The notes below the pieces were generated by a model. It ran no database searches, was not told the DNA's origin, and saw nothing but the letters and a program-made list of their open reading frames with translations. Of a DNA stretch of 33,979 nucleotides, positions 25,458 through 33,147 are shown one piece after another. The DNA lies in contig CAYLNC010000003.1 in assembly GCA_964385145.1 (NCBI GenBank), positions 1 to 33,979 on the forward strand, in the 5' to 3' direction. The number at the start of each line of letters is the position of its first letter. The first letter of the stretch is position 1. The DNA is from an uncultured Candidatus Saccharibacteria bacterium. Its GTDB lineage: Bacteria; Patescibacteriota; Minisyncoccia; Phycocordibacterales; JAACPR01. Position numbers and translations under genes: made by a program.

Positions 25458-25479
25458 TTGGGGGCCCTAGGGCCCCCAA
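25458..25479 (+). terminator. GC-rich 22-nt perfect palindrome (terminator-like hairpin, weak T tract)
   Basis: TTGGGGGCCCT/AGGGCCCCCAA, located 3 nt after the ATPase stop. It shares the core GCCCTAGGGC with the hairpin at 21125. Confidence 0.45.
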
Positions 25480-25488
25480 TTATAAGAT

Positions 25489-26910
25489 ATGAGTAACACT
25501 GTTTCTAATCCAGAAAAACTTGAGACTGAATCTATTCAGCCTAATGATGAGGAAGTTAGACTCACTACAGAAGCTTTCATTCATGCTAGAATGAAGTTTA
25601 TTGAAGAAAATCCTTTTTATGGAGTTCTTCTTCTAAATGTAGATCCAGTAGCAACTGGAGGAGAAGTACCTATTGCTGCTGTTAACTATAAGAATCTCTT
25701 TCTTAATGCAGTAGATAGAAAGAGATCCGATAATCCAGTAAGTTTTCCTTTTCATGAACTAACTAAGAGGGGCCGAGAGGTTGTTCTTGTTCATGAAATT
25801 TCTCACTTAATCTTTGAGCATCTTAGCATCCCAGCAAATTTCAATAGGGATATTTGTAATATTGCAATGGATGCGGTGATCAATAGAATAATTGATGAGG
25901 ATCCTAAGCTATCCCTGGATGAGCTTCCTAAGGGATGTGTTAGACCTATTAGAACCTATAATGGATATACTGGATTTACTATTGGTGAAGGCCCGACCCA
26001 AAAGCAGTTTAACATTGAGGGTTTCAAAGATATGGATTGGATTCCTATCTATTGGGCCATCATGGAGCAACTTGAAAAAGAGTGTAAAGCTGCTGGAGGT
26101 AAGCAATCTCGAGGTAAGCAATCTCGAGAAGAGCTAGCTAAATCTATCCAACAAGCTGCAAAGAAACTTGCAGACAAGAACCCTATGAATGGCGATATTA
26201 AAGAGCCTGAAGAGGGAGAAGGAGAGGGAACTCCTGAGTTTGAGCAGGCAAAGGCAAAATTTCGATCAAAGGTGATTGAAGCCTATGAAACTGCTAAATC
26301 ACAGGGTTTAGCTCCTGCTGGGATGGAGCGGTATATTGATGTGCTAACTACTGCTAAAGTTAAGTGGACTGACTATCTTAGACAGCTCATTAGAACTGAG
26401 ATTTCTAAGTCTGACTTTTCACACAAAGCAAACTCTCGAAGGGCCCACATTGGATTTGGTACTAAGAAGAGACCTCCTATCTTTCCTAAGGTAGAAAGTG
26501 AAACTCTTAGCAATGTGTGGTTGGCTCTAGATACTTCTGGCTCGATGAGCCAAGATGATATTACACAGGGCCTTAGTGAGTTTGCTAGTCTTCGTCAAAC
26601 GTTACCCTTTCCGTTGCACTTTGTTAGCTGCGATGCTGCAGTTTATGAAGTTCAGAGTTATGATTCTACGGAAGAGCCTGATTGGACAACGCTTAGTATA
26701 GATGGGGGAGGAGGTACTGACTTTAGGCCAGTCTTTGATCTCATAGCGCAATATCAGAAAGAGAAGGGAATTCGCCCAGCACTTCTCGTTTTCTTTACTG
26801 ATACTTTTGGATCTTTTCCAGAAAAGGAACCCGATTATCCAGTTATCTGGGTATGCAACTATAGGGGTGGACAGGTACCTTGGGGTACCTTAATCAATAC
26901 GGCGGACTAG
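25489..26910 (+). CDS. Zincin-like (DUF2201_N-type) plus vWA domain protein, partner of the MoxR ATPase
   Basis: 473-aa ORF. HExxH in VLVHEISHLIFEH. Acidic/low-complexity linker. C-terminal vWA MIDAS motif LALDTSGSMS. Confidence 0.7.
   Translation: MSNTVSNPEKLETESIQPNDEEVRLTTEAFIHARMKFIEENPFYGVLLLNVDPVATGGEVPIAAVNYKNLFLNAVDRKRSDNPVSFPFHELTKRGREVVLVHEISHLIFEHLSIPANFNRDICNIAMDAVINRIIDEDPKLSLDELPKGCVRPIRTYNGYTGFTIGEGPTQKQFNIEGFKDMDWIPIYWAIMEQLEKECKAAGGKQSRGKQSREELAKSIQQAAKKLADKNPMNGDIKEPEEGEGEGTPEFEQAKAKFRSKVIEAYETAKSQGLAPAGMERYIDVLTTAKVKWTDYLRQLIRTEISKSDFSHKANSRRAHIGFGTKKRPPIFPKVESETLSNVWLALDTSGSMSQDDITQGLSEFASLRQTLPFPLHFVSCDAAVYEVQSYDSTEEPDWTTLSIDGGGGTDFRPVFDLIAQYQKEKGIRPALLVFFTDTFGSFPEKEPDYPVIWVCNYRGGQVPWGTLINTAD
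26097..26126 (+). repeat. Perfect 15-bp tandem duplication (GGTAAGCAATCTCGA x2), in frame
   Basis: Read directly from the sequence. It encodes GKQSR-GKQSR in the linker of the vWA protein. Confidence 0.9.
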
Positions 26911-26914
26911 GTAA

Positions 26915-27712
26915 ATGAGGAAGGATCCCTTTAAAGAGTTTCTAAAGGCTCAAATAGCTAAAGAAAAAGAAGTCTCTACAGGCTCTCTTTTCTTAGATAG
27001 GGCTTTTGGAATTCCACTGGGATCCTTTCTCTTACTAAAAGGTCCAGCTAATTTTGGAACTACTGCAATTGTATTGGGTCTTGCAGAAACGCTTATAGAG
27101 CTAGACAAGACAGTAGTCTATGTTGACCCAATTCTATCAGCACAGCCACACAAACTTTCTCCTAGGCTAGCTGAAAAACTTCTTATTCTTAGGCCTTGGG
27201 ACTTAAAGCCTTCAGAAATATATTCCGTAGCTATAGAAATTTTAGATATTGATTCAGAAGCAATATTTATCTTTGATAATATCTATCTTCTAGAGAATCT
27301 TTGGAAAAGTTCCCAGTGGAACTTTGCAGAACTAATAAGGAGAATTAGAGAATACAGCTTTGGAAGTACCATAATAGGCACACAACGAGAGAGTAGACAT
27401 TATGATATCTGGTCTCAAGTTGTAACCATCAAGGGTAAAGAAAATATTTATGCTAAAGAAGAGGGTGCCTCAGTTCACAAGGGCCATATTTTAAGCCTAA
27501 GTGGTCCAAGGGGCAAATCCGAAGTCTATATAGACTATTCAATAGGGAGAGTTTCAAAAGCCTATGAAGAGGTCTTCTTACAAATAGAAAAAGGCGAAAA
27601 AAGTTTGCAGTCAGCATTTGGTACTAACGATAGTAGAACTACAGGTGCGTGGAATTATATACATAAAATGGGTGAGCTAAGTAGGCGAGAAAATGAAACT
27701 AGTAAGATTTAA
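26915..27712 (+). CDS. RecA-fold protein with degenerate ATPase motifs
   Basis: 265-aa ORF. GSFLLLKGPANFGTTAIVLGLA aligns with RecA [22 protein letters not shown], with Walker Lys replaced by Thr. VYVDPILSAQP aligns with FIDAEHALDP, with the catalytic Glu lost. A Walker B-like segment AIFIFDN is retained. Confidence 0.55.
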   Translation: MRKDPFKEFLKAQIAKEKEVSTGSLFLDRAFGIPLGSFLLLKGPANFGTTAIVLGLAETLIELDKTVVYVDPILSAQPHKLSPRLAEKLLILRPWDLKPSEIYSVAIEILDIDSEAIFIFDNIYLLENLWKSSQWNFAELIRRIREYSFGSTIIGTQRESRHYDIWSQVVTIKGKENIYAKEEGASVHKGHILSLSGPRGKSEVYIDYSIGRVSKAYEEVFLQIEKGEKSLQSAFGTNDSRTTGAWNYIHKMGELSRRENETSKI

Positions 27713-28181
27713 AGTAGTAACAATAGACAAAGTTAGAGGTACTGATACAGTTTTAGTTAATGCTCTTTGCACTTTTGATCATCAAGGTAAAGAGTATGAG
27801 GTTTCTGGTATAACTACAGGAGAATCTCTAGAAAACGTAGCTAGCCTTTGTCAACAAGCAAAAGAATCGGCTGAGAACCTCTTTAAGCTTATGTTTAATA
27901 TAGAGAGCTCTTCCGAATCCAAGGTTTCTGAACCTCTATCTAAGTTTGTGAGAGAGGTTATTTCTCCTGCAGTTATGAAGGAAGCAAAAACATACAAGCA
28001 GGACGAACTAAAGAAACTCTATGAACCTGCTGATGATCATAAGCAGAAGAAAGTTTCTGAGCTATGCGAAACTTTAGGAATAGATATTATTCCTGTTCAG
28101 GATAGCTGGACTATGATTGAAGTTCTTGTTCTGATTTCCTATCTAGAAAAGATGGCAGATGGAATAGTTGGAGGCCAGTAG
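27693..28181 (+). CDS. Hypothetical protein
   Basis: 162-aa ORF overlapping the upstream gene by 20 nt. No motif recognised. Confidence 0.55.
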   Translation: MKLVRFKVVTIDKVRGTDTVLVNALCTFDHQGKEYEVSGITTGESLENVASLCQQAKESAENLFKLMFNIESSSESKVSEPLSKFVREVISPAVMKEAKTYKQDELKKLYEPADDHKQKKVSELCETLGIDIIPVQDSWTMIEVLVLISYLEKMADGIVGGQ

Positions 28182-28513
28182 TGGTTGCGTGAATTCTAGG
28201 TACTATAGTAGATATACAACCTAGACTTGTAATAATTGAAGATAGATTAACCAAGAAGAACTATAATTGTACACCGGAAACTGATGAATTTCTGGACTAT
28301 AAGATAGGAGACTCTGGTGTTTTTGTTGGTCAAATCTATAATGAAGTTTTTAGGATTAGAAAAGTAGAAATTAGGAAATTTCTTAATCCCCTCTATGAAA
28401 GCGATCTATACGATGCTAGTGGTAAATATAACCTAATATCCCCTATTGATAATCCTTTTACAGAGGTGTTTCAAAAGTATTTGGAGGCTAAAGATGAATC
28501 TACTGGAGAATAA
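28181..28513 (+). pseudogene. Coding-looking ORF with SD plus GTG start, interrupted by in-frame TGA at codon 4 (nonsense-disrupted, read-through, or non-canonical start)
   Basis: GGAGG (28170-28174) lies 6 nt before the GTG at 28181 (TAGTG overlap). The frame reads GTG GTT GCG TGA, then 106 open sense codons (28193-28510) before the TAA at 28511-28513, encoding ILGTIVDIQPRLVIIEDRLTKKNYNCTPETDEFLDYKIGDSGVFVGQIYNEVFRIRK... No in-frame ATG/GTG/TTG occurs until near the end. Confidence 0.4.
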
Positions 28514-28889
28514 GCCAAAGTACCATTCTGAGCTTTTTAATAAAGATAATAGTCCTAAGACAGAGTATACTTTTGAGAACCTATGTACCTACATTAGAAC
28601 TATAATGGCTCCAACTCTTGGTATAAGATCTAATTTTACTACTCGAGAGGACTTAGAGAAGCGAAGAAAAGCTGCTATAGATAGTACTAGAGAATTAACT
28701 ATGAGAGAAAGAAATGAGCTCATTAGGATAGTTAAGAAATATGATCTAGAAGAAATTCTATTTAGTATAGATTGCTCTGGATTTGATGAAGATAATTTTG
28801 ATGTAGATACTATTGAGAGGAATATAGCAGAGGGAGCAGTAGAGATTGCTAGAAGAAATAGGATCTCTAAATATGGAATGAATTTATGA
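28494..28889 (+). CDS. Hypothetical protein
   Basis: Start trimmed to MNLLENKPKY, with SD GGAGG 6 nt upstream. Confidence 0.6.
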   Translation: MNLLENKPKYHSELFNKDNSPKTEYTFENLCTYIRTIMAPTLGIRSNFTTREDLEKRRKAAIDSTRELTMRERNELIRIVKKYDLEEILFSIDCSGFDEDNFDVDTIERNIAEGAVEIARRNRISKYGMNL

Positions 28890-29923
28890 ACTGGATTGAA
28901 AATTCTAAGAAAAAATTAAAAGCAGCACTTAGTAAGCAAGGTAATAGATCTGGACCCTATCTTCAATGGCTTAAAGAAAGACAAGATGATTCTAAGTTAA
29001 GGATATGTAATTGGAATTTATCTAATGGAATTCCTACTTTTTCTAGTGCTTTTCATGATTTAGAGTCTGGCTTAGTATGCTTTGCTGGTAGACCAAACAG
29101 TGGAAAATCTACCCTTTTAGTTAATCTAATGTTAGGTGTTTGTAGTCTAAATGATGATACTATTGTTTTAGATATTAGCCTTGATGATCCTTACCTAAAG
29201 AGATACCAACAGTATATTGCAGCTCTTTCTGGGCTTACGTACCAGGAGATTACTACCTCTCTAAATCTTAGTGATACTAAGAAAAAACTTTTGGAAGATT
29301 CCCAAAAAGTAATAGAGAAGCTTTATACAGAAGATAAGCTTAGAACTATTGAAGCCATTGAAACTAACGAGGTTGCGGGTGAAATGGTCTATTATTCTTT
29401 TAGGCAGCCTGAAACTATCTTTAGGCTTATGCGTAAGACTAGAGAAGAGTATCCTAATAAGAAGATTATTCTAATGATTGATGCTTGGAATAATCTTGAT
29501 CTTTCTTCTGCTAAGGGCAATTCTGATCTATCTCAAGCAAATTATTACCTTGGTAAGTTTCAAGAGGAAGCTAATAAGCTTGAGATTATAGTTATCTTAT
29601 CTGCCCATCTTAGGAAAAGCGAGAAGAAACATCAGAAATCCGATCTAGATGATATTAAGGGTACCTCTGATATGGCCTATAATGTAGTATGGGCTGGGAT
29701 AGTGAGGAATGAGCTTAGAGAGAACATTCTAAAAAGTCCCCTGGTCTATGAAGAGGGAGACAAAATGTATCCAGTAGTTGCTATAGATGTAGTAAAGACT
29801 AAAGTATCAACTTGGGATATGCCCCTTCTCTATGTACTTATGAGTGGTCAGTGTGGAATTAAACCTCTTGAGGATTATGAATATAATCAATATCTTCAAG
29901 AATACCTTGGAGTTAGAAAGTGA
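28886..29923 (+). CDS. DnaB-like (RecA-fold) replicative helicase
   Basis: 345-aa ORF. Walker A GRPNSGKST, Walker B ILMIDAWNNL, and later LSAHLRK and KGTSDMAYN, typical of the DnaB C-terminal domain. Confidence 0.7.
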   Translation: MNWIENSKKKLKAALSKQGNRSGPYLQWLKERQDDSKLRICNWNLSNGIPTFSSAFHDLESGLVCFAGRPNSGKSTLLVNLMLGVCSLNDDTIVLDISLDDPYLKRYQQYIAALSGLTYQEITTSLNLSDTKKKLLEDSQKVIEKLYTEDKLRTIEAIETNEVAGEMVYYSFRQPETIFRLMRKTREEYPNKKIILMIDAWNNLDLSSAKGNSDLSQANYYLGKFQEEANKLEIIVILSAHLRKSEKKHQKSDLDDIKGTSDMAYNVVWAGIVRNELRENILKSPLVYEEGDKMYPVVAIDVVKTKVSTWDMPLLYVLMSGQCGIKPLEDYEYNQYLQEYLGVRK

Positions 29924-30375
29924 ACGAATATGTAGATAGTGACCTACCAACAGGTCAAGATATTTTAGGCAAAATTAGAAAGCTAGAAACCGCAAATTCA
30001 GATACCCTTTTAGAGATAAAAGATTGGACTTTTGATAAAGCAGAGGCTCTTTCTTATCTATTCCAAAAGTTTATTGTGGCTTTTGATTTTAAAGAAGATC
30101 CAGAGGTTTTTCAAAATAGACTTCTAAAGTACCATAATATTGTATCTGGGCTTATTGGTCTTAGTTCTGGAATGTATGATAGAGCACATAAGCTGGAAGC
30201 GGATAACCTAAGAATTAACCAGGATCCAGCTGTGAAGAAGGCAATGACTGCTACAGATAAAGAGCTTCATATTAAAGGAGTTACTGCTCACTTTAGAGCC
30301 CTTAAGATTAGCTTAGAAGAGCTAGAAAAGAATATTGAGCAACGCCTCTTTAGTACTCGAGTAAATAGAAGATAA
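29920..30375 (+). CDS. Hypothetical protein
   Basis: 151-aa ORF with 4-nt and 1-nt overlaps to its neighbours. Confidence 0.55.
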   Translation: MNEYVDSDLPTGQDILGKIRKLETANSDTLLEIKDWTFDKAEALSYLFQKFIVAFDFKEDPEVFQNRLLKYHNIVSGLIGLSSGMYDRAHKLEADNLRINQDPAVKKAMTATDKELHIKGVTAHFRALKISLEELEKNIEQRLFSTRVNRR

Positions 30376-30758
30376 TGGAGCGATATGAAGAAGCTGAAAA
30401 ACTAGTAGCCCAAGTTACTGGGGGTAAGCTTGTTCCTGGTTCTGGTTGTGGTAAAAGAAAAGGCGATGTTACGTATCAAAATTATGCTTTTGAAGTTAAG
30501 CAAACTGATAAAGATGTTTTAAGTATTCAAAAGCATTGGCTAGATAAACTTGAAAGGGAGCACCCCTTTCAAGAGTGTGTGTTAGTTATATTTTTTGGCT
30601 TAGTGGGCTTTCCTTATTATAGAGTAAGAAGGGTCCACGATAAATATAGTCCTTGGAAGACTCTAAATGTTACCTATGGTAATCTTCCAAACTATATTTA
30701 TAATAATAGCTCTACTATTTGGGAGCTCGATACATGGGACTCTTTAGCGAACCTATAA
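30375..30758 (+). CDS. PD-(D/E)xK nuclease-fold protein (Hjc-like; candidate Holliday-junction resolvase)
   Basis: VPGSGCGKRKGDVTYQNYAFEVKQT fits the archaeal Hjc-type pattern SG...D...(E)VK. Tentative. Confidence 0.4.
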   Translation: MERYEEAEKLVAQVTGGKLVPGSGCGKRKGDVTYQNYAFEVKQTDKDVLSIQKHWLDKLEREHPFQECVLVIFFGLVGFPYYRVRRVHDKYSPWKTLNVTYGNLPNYIYNNSSTIWELDTWDSLANL

Positions 30759-31768
30759 AGGAAGAATCACTATATGATCAATTCATTAAGAAGTTTGGGC
30801 CAGAAGTTAAAGCTCGAGAGGGTAACAATATTAGACAAATTTGTCCAGAATGCAAACATAATTCCCTCTCTGCAAACATACACAATGGATGCTTTTTCTG
30901 CTTTAATTGCGGCTATGGTAAGGGTCTAAAGCTCTATGGAGTTCAAGGTGGTCAACCAGAAACTCCTGTAGATAATGATCTACACAAGAAAGTAACTAAC
31001 TTTATTTTTGATAATGGCTCTCTACTAGGTATACATAAGAAGTATCTAGTAGAGAGATCTATATATGGACCTGAACGATATAAGTTTGTTACTAGCTCTT
31101 TTGCACTAATACATGAACTTAAAAGAAAATTTAGTAATGAAGATCTAGTAGCCTCTGGGTACTTTTCACTTTGGGGAAAAGACCTAAAAGCTAGTAGGGC
31201 ACTTGATCCTAGAAGAATTCTAATTCCCTATTGGTCTGGAGAGGAAATCTTAACTCTAAAGAGTAGAGCAAATCCTTTTGCTGATCAATCTGAAGAGGTT
31301 GTTAGATACCTAGCTCCACGAGGATCATCTCTAAAGGATAAGCTCTGGTATAAAGGATCACTTAGATCCAATTCTATTATTACAGAAGGTGAGCTTGCAG
31401 CTATTGCAGCTCATAGTTTAGGCTATAGCGTTTGTGCCGTTCCAGGCTTAGGCTTTGCAAAATCCCCAGCAATACAAACTGCTCTAAAATCTCTTATTAA
31501 AGATGTTAAGAGATTATACATTATACTTGATACCGATCCAGGTATTCAAGATGAAGCTTTAAGGCTGCAAAATTCCATTAAACTTTTTGAGGTCGCTCCA
31601 GATATTTCCTCTATTCTTTACCTACCACAGGATAAAGAAGACGAGTGTATGGATTTAGATCTGTATTTGAGTCGCTATGGCTCTGATGAACTTGATTATC
31701 TTTTAGATACAGCTTGGGCAAGGCGAGGAAAAACATATGATGAACTTAGAAAAAGAGCCTATCAATGA
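30734..31768 (+). CDS. DnaG-type DNA primase (zinc finger plus TOPRIM)
   Basis: Start trimmed to MGLFSEP. Zn finger CPECKH...CFFCFNCG. TOPRIM motifs ITEGELAAIAA and YIILDTDPG. Confidence 0.75.
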   Translation: MGLFSEPIKEESLYDQFIKKFGPEVKAREGNNIRQICPECKHNSLSANIHNGCFFCFNCGYGKGLKLYGVQGGQPETPVDNDLHKKVTNFIFDNGSLLGIHKKYLVERSIYGPERYKFVTSSFALIHELKRKFSNEDLVASGYFSLWGKDLKASRALDPRRILIPYWSGEEILTLKSRANPFADQSEEVVRYLAPRGSSLKDKLWYKGSLRSNSIITEGELAAIAAHSLGYSVCAVPGLGFAKSPAIQTALKSLIKDVKRLYIILDTDPGIQDEALRLQNSIKLFEVAPDISSILYLPQDKEDECMDLDLYLSRYGSDELDYLLDTAWARRGKTYDELRKRAYQ

Positions 31769-32213
31769 GAATACTTTATTTAGGTGTGCTGATGAAGTAG
31801 TACGATCTTTTTCTTATAATCTAAGAGATGACCTACTATCGGTAGCACTATTATCTGGCTATAAGGTAGCTAGTTCCGATAAGCTAATTAATGACAACTA
31901 TATAAAGATAGCTATGCTAGATAGTTGTAGACGATATCTAAATAGGGAGAATGAAATTTCTAAGCCTATTATCCCTTTAGATAGTGCTACCCATGTTACT
32001 AGTGGAGATGTCTATAGTGATCCTGACTTCTATGAAAACATAACAAAGTCATTAACAGCTAAGCAGAAAAATATAATTGATCGAGTTACCAAAGGTTATT
32101 CTATTTTGGAAATAGCTAATGAGCTAAATACCACAAATAGAAATATTTCTATTCATTTATACAAAGCAAAGCGAAAGATTAAGCAACTTCTAAAAGAAAA
32201 TGAGTACAACTAA
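31737..32213 (+). CDS. Sigma-factor-like protein (region-4-type HTH)
   Basis: C-terminal LTAKQKNIIDRVTKGYSILEIANELNTTNRNISIHLYKAKRKIKQLL resembles the sigma-70/ECF region 4 HTH. Confidence 0.55.
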   Translation: MMNLEKEPINENTLFRCADEVVRSFSYNLRDDLLSVALLSGYKVASSDKLINDNYIKIAMLDSCRRYLNRENEISKPIIPLDSATHVTSGDVYSDPDFYENITKSLTAKQKNIIDRVTKGYSILEIANELNTTNRNISIHLYKAKRKIKQLLKENEYN

Positions 32214-33147
32214 AAAATCTAAGTCTTTAACAAACCATCCACTTCTTGACTTAGTAGCTAAAATAGATAAAAAATTTGTTGAGGACCTTCCCCCAGTAGA
32301 GGCAATTCCTACTGATCCAGAAGACTTTTATAACTGGTGGTGGCAAACATATGGTAAGGGCTGTGAGGAATGCTTACTAGCCCTTACCAGAAACAAAGTA
32401 GTAAAAGCTGATGGTAATACTAAGGCTTCTATTATGATAGTTGGAGAGGGTCCTGGATTTCTTGAAGACTTAGCTGCTCTCCCTATGGTTGGTCCTATGG
32501 AGCTAAGAGGAAGCCACTGTAGTCTTTGTTCAAAAGTTAAAGACTGCTACTCTCAAAGACTCCTAGGCAAGCCCTTTTCTTCTGGTATGCCCCCTAAAAA
32601 GGTTACATGTAATCCAGATTATAAGACTACAAAGCAATTGCCTTCAACCTTCTATATTAGGAGTGCTGGAGCTATTGTGGACGGTATTCTTATTAATAAA
32701 TGGAAATTTAGTTATCCTAGGCATAACTGGATTGTGCAGTATAATGCTAACCATCCTAATGAGCCATGGACACATGACTCTCCTTGGTTTATTACCAATG
32801 TGGTTCTCTGTAGGACTACTGATATTACTGGAATTAAGGATAAGACTCCAGATAGTCTTCCTAGAAGTAAATGCAAGAGATGGCTAGCATTTCAATGGGC
32901 AGCAGTTCAACCTAAGCTAATTATAGCTGTAGGTAGGGTAGCTTTAGCTACCCTAATGGGCAGTGAAGAAGGCTCTAAATCTATAGTTCCAAATACTATA
33001 GTACAAACTAAGTTTGGTCCGGTTCTCTTCCAAAATCATCCAGCATCAATGATGCGAGAAAATTCTAAAACGCTTAAGGCTTATGGGTTTGCTAAGTTTG
33101 CTACTACTCTAGAAAAAGCTTTAGAATATGTAGGTTTACCAATATGA
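32200..33147 (+). CDS. Uracil-DNA glycosylase superfamily protein (family 4-like) with large internal insertion
   Basis: Motif A IMIVGEGPGFLED and motif B FQNHPASMMR. A long Cys-containing segment lies between them. Confidence 0.6.
   Translation: MSTTKKSKSLTNHPLLDLVAKIDKKFVEDLPPVEAIPTDPEDFYNWWWQTYGKGCEECLLALTRNKVVKADGNTKASIMIVGEGPGFLEDLAALPMVGPMELRGSHCSLCSKVKDCYSQRLLGKPFSSGMPPKKVTCNPDYKTTKQLPSTFYIRSAGAIVDGILINKWKFSYPRHNWIVQYNANHPNEPWTHDSPWFITNVVLCRTTDITGIKDKTPDSLPRSKCKRWLAFQWAAVQPKLIIAVGRVALATLMGSEEGSKSIVPNTIVQTKFGPVLFQNHPASMMRENSKTLKAYGFAKFATTLEKALEYVGLPI

Noticed and set aside
24160-25470. Six alternative-frame ORFs over the MoxR ATPase gene (24160..24351, 24553..24747, 25003..25239, 25264..25470 on plus; 24543..24920, 24981..25451 on minus)
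   Set aside because: All are nested in a gene with clear Walker motifs. Their peptides are Leu/Arg/Ser-rich nonsense. They are a by-product of the T-ending, stop-poor codon bias of that gene.
516-26137. Other nested or antisense track ORFs (516..704, 3178..3393, 5297..5584, 10313..10504, 12339..12584, 16153..16344, 20211..20450, 21301..21501, 25892..26137, 25909..26121, 32663..32887)
   Set aside because: Each lies wholly inside a longer ORF that has recognisable motifs or better gene context. There is no independent support for any of them.
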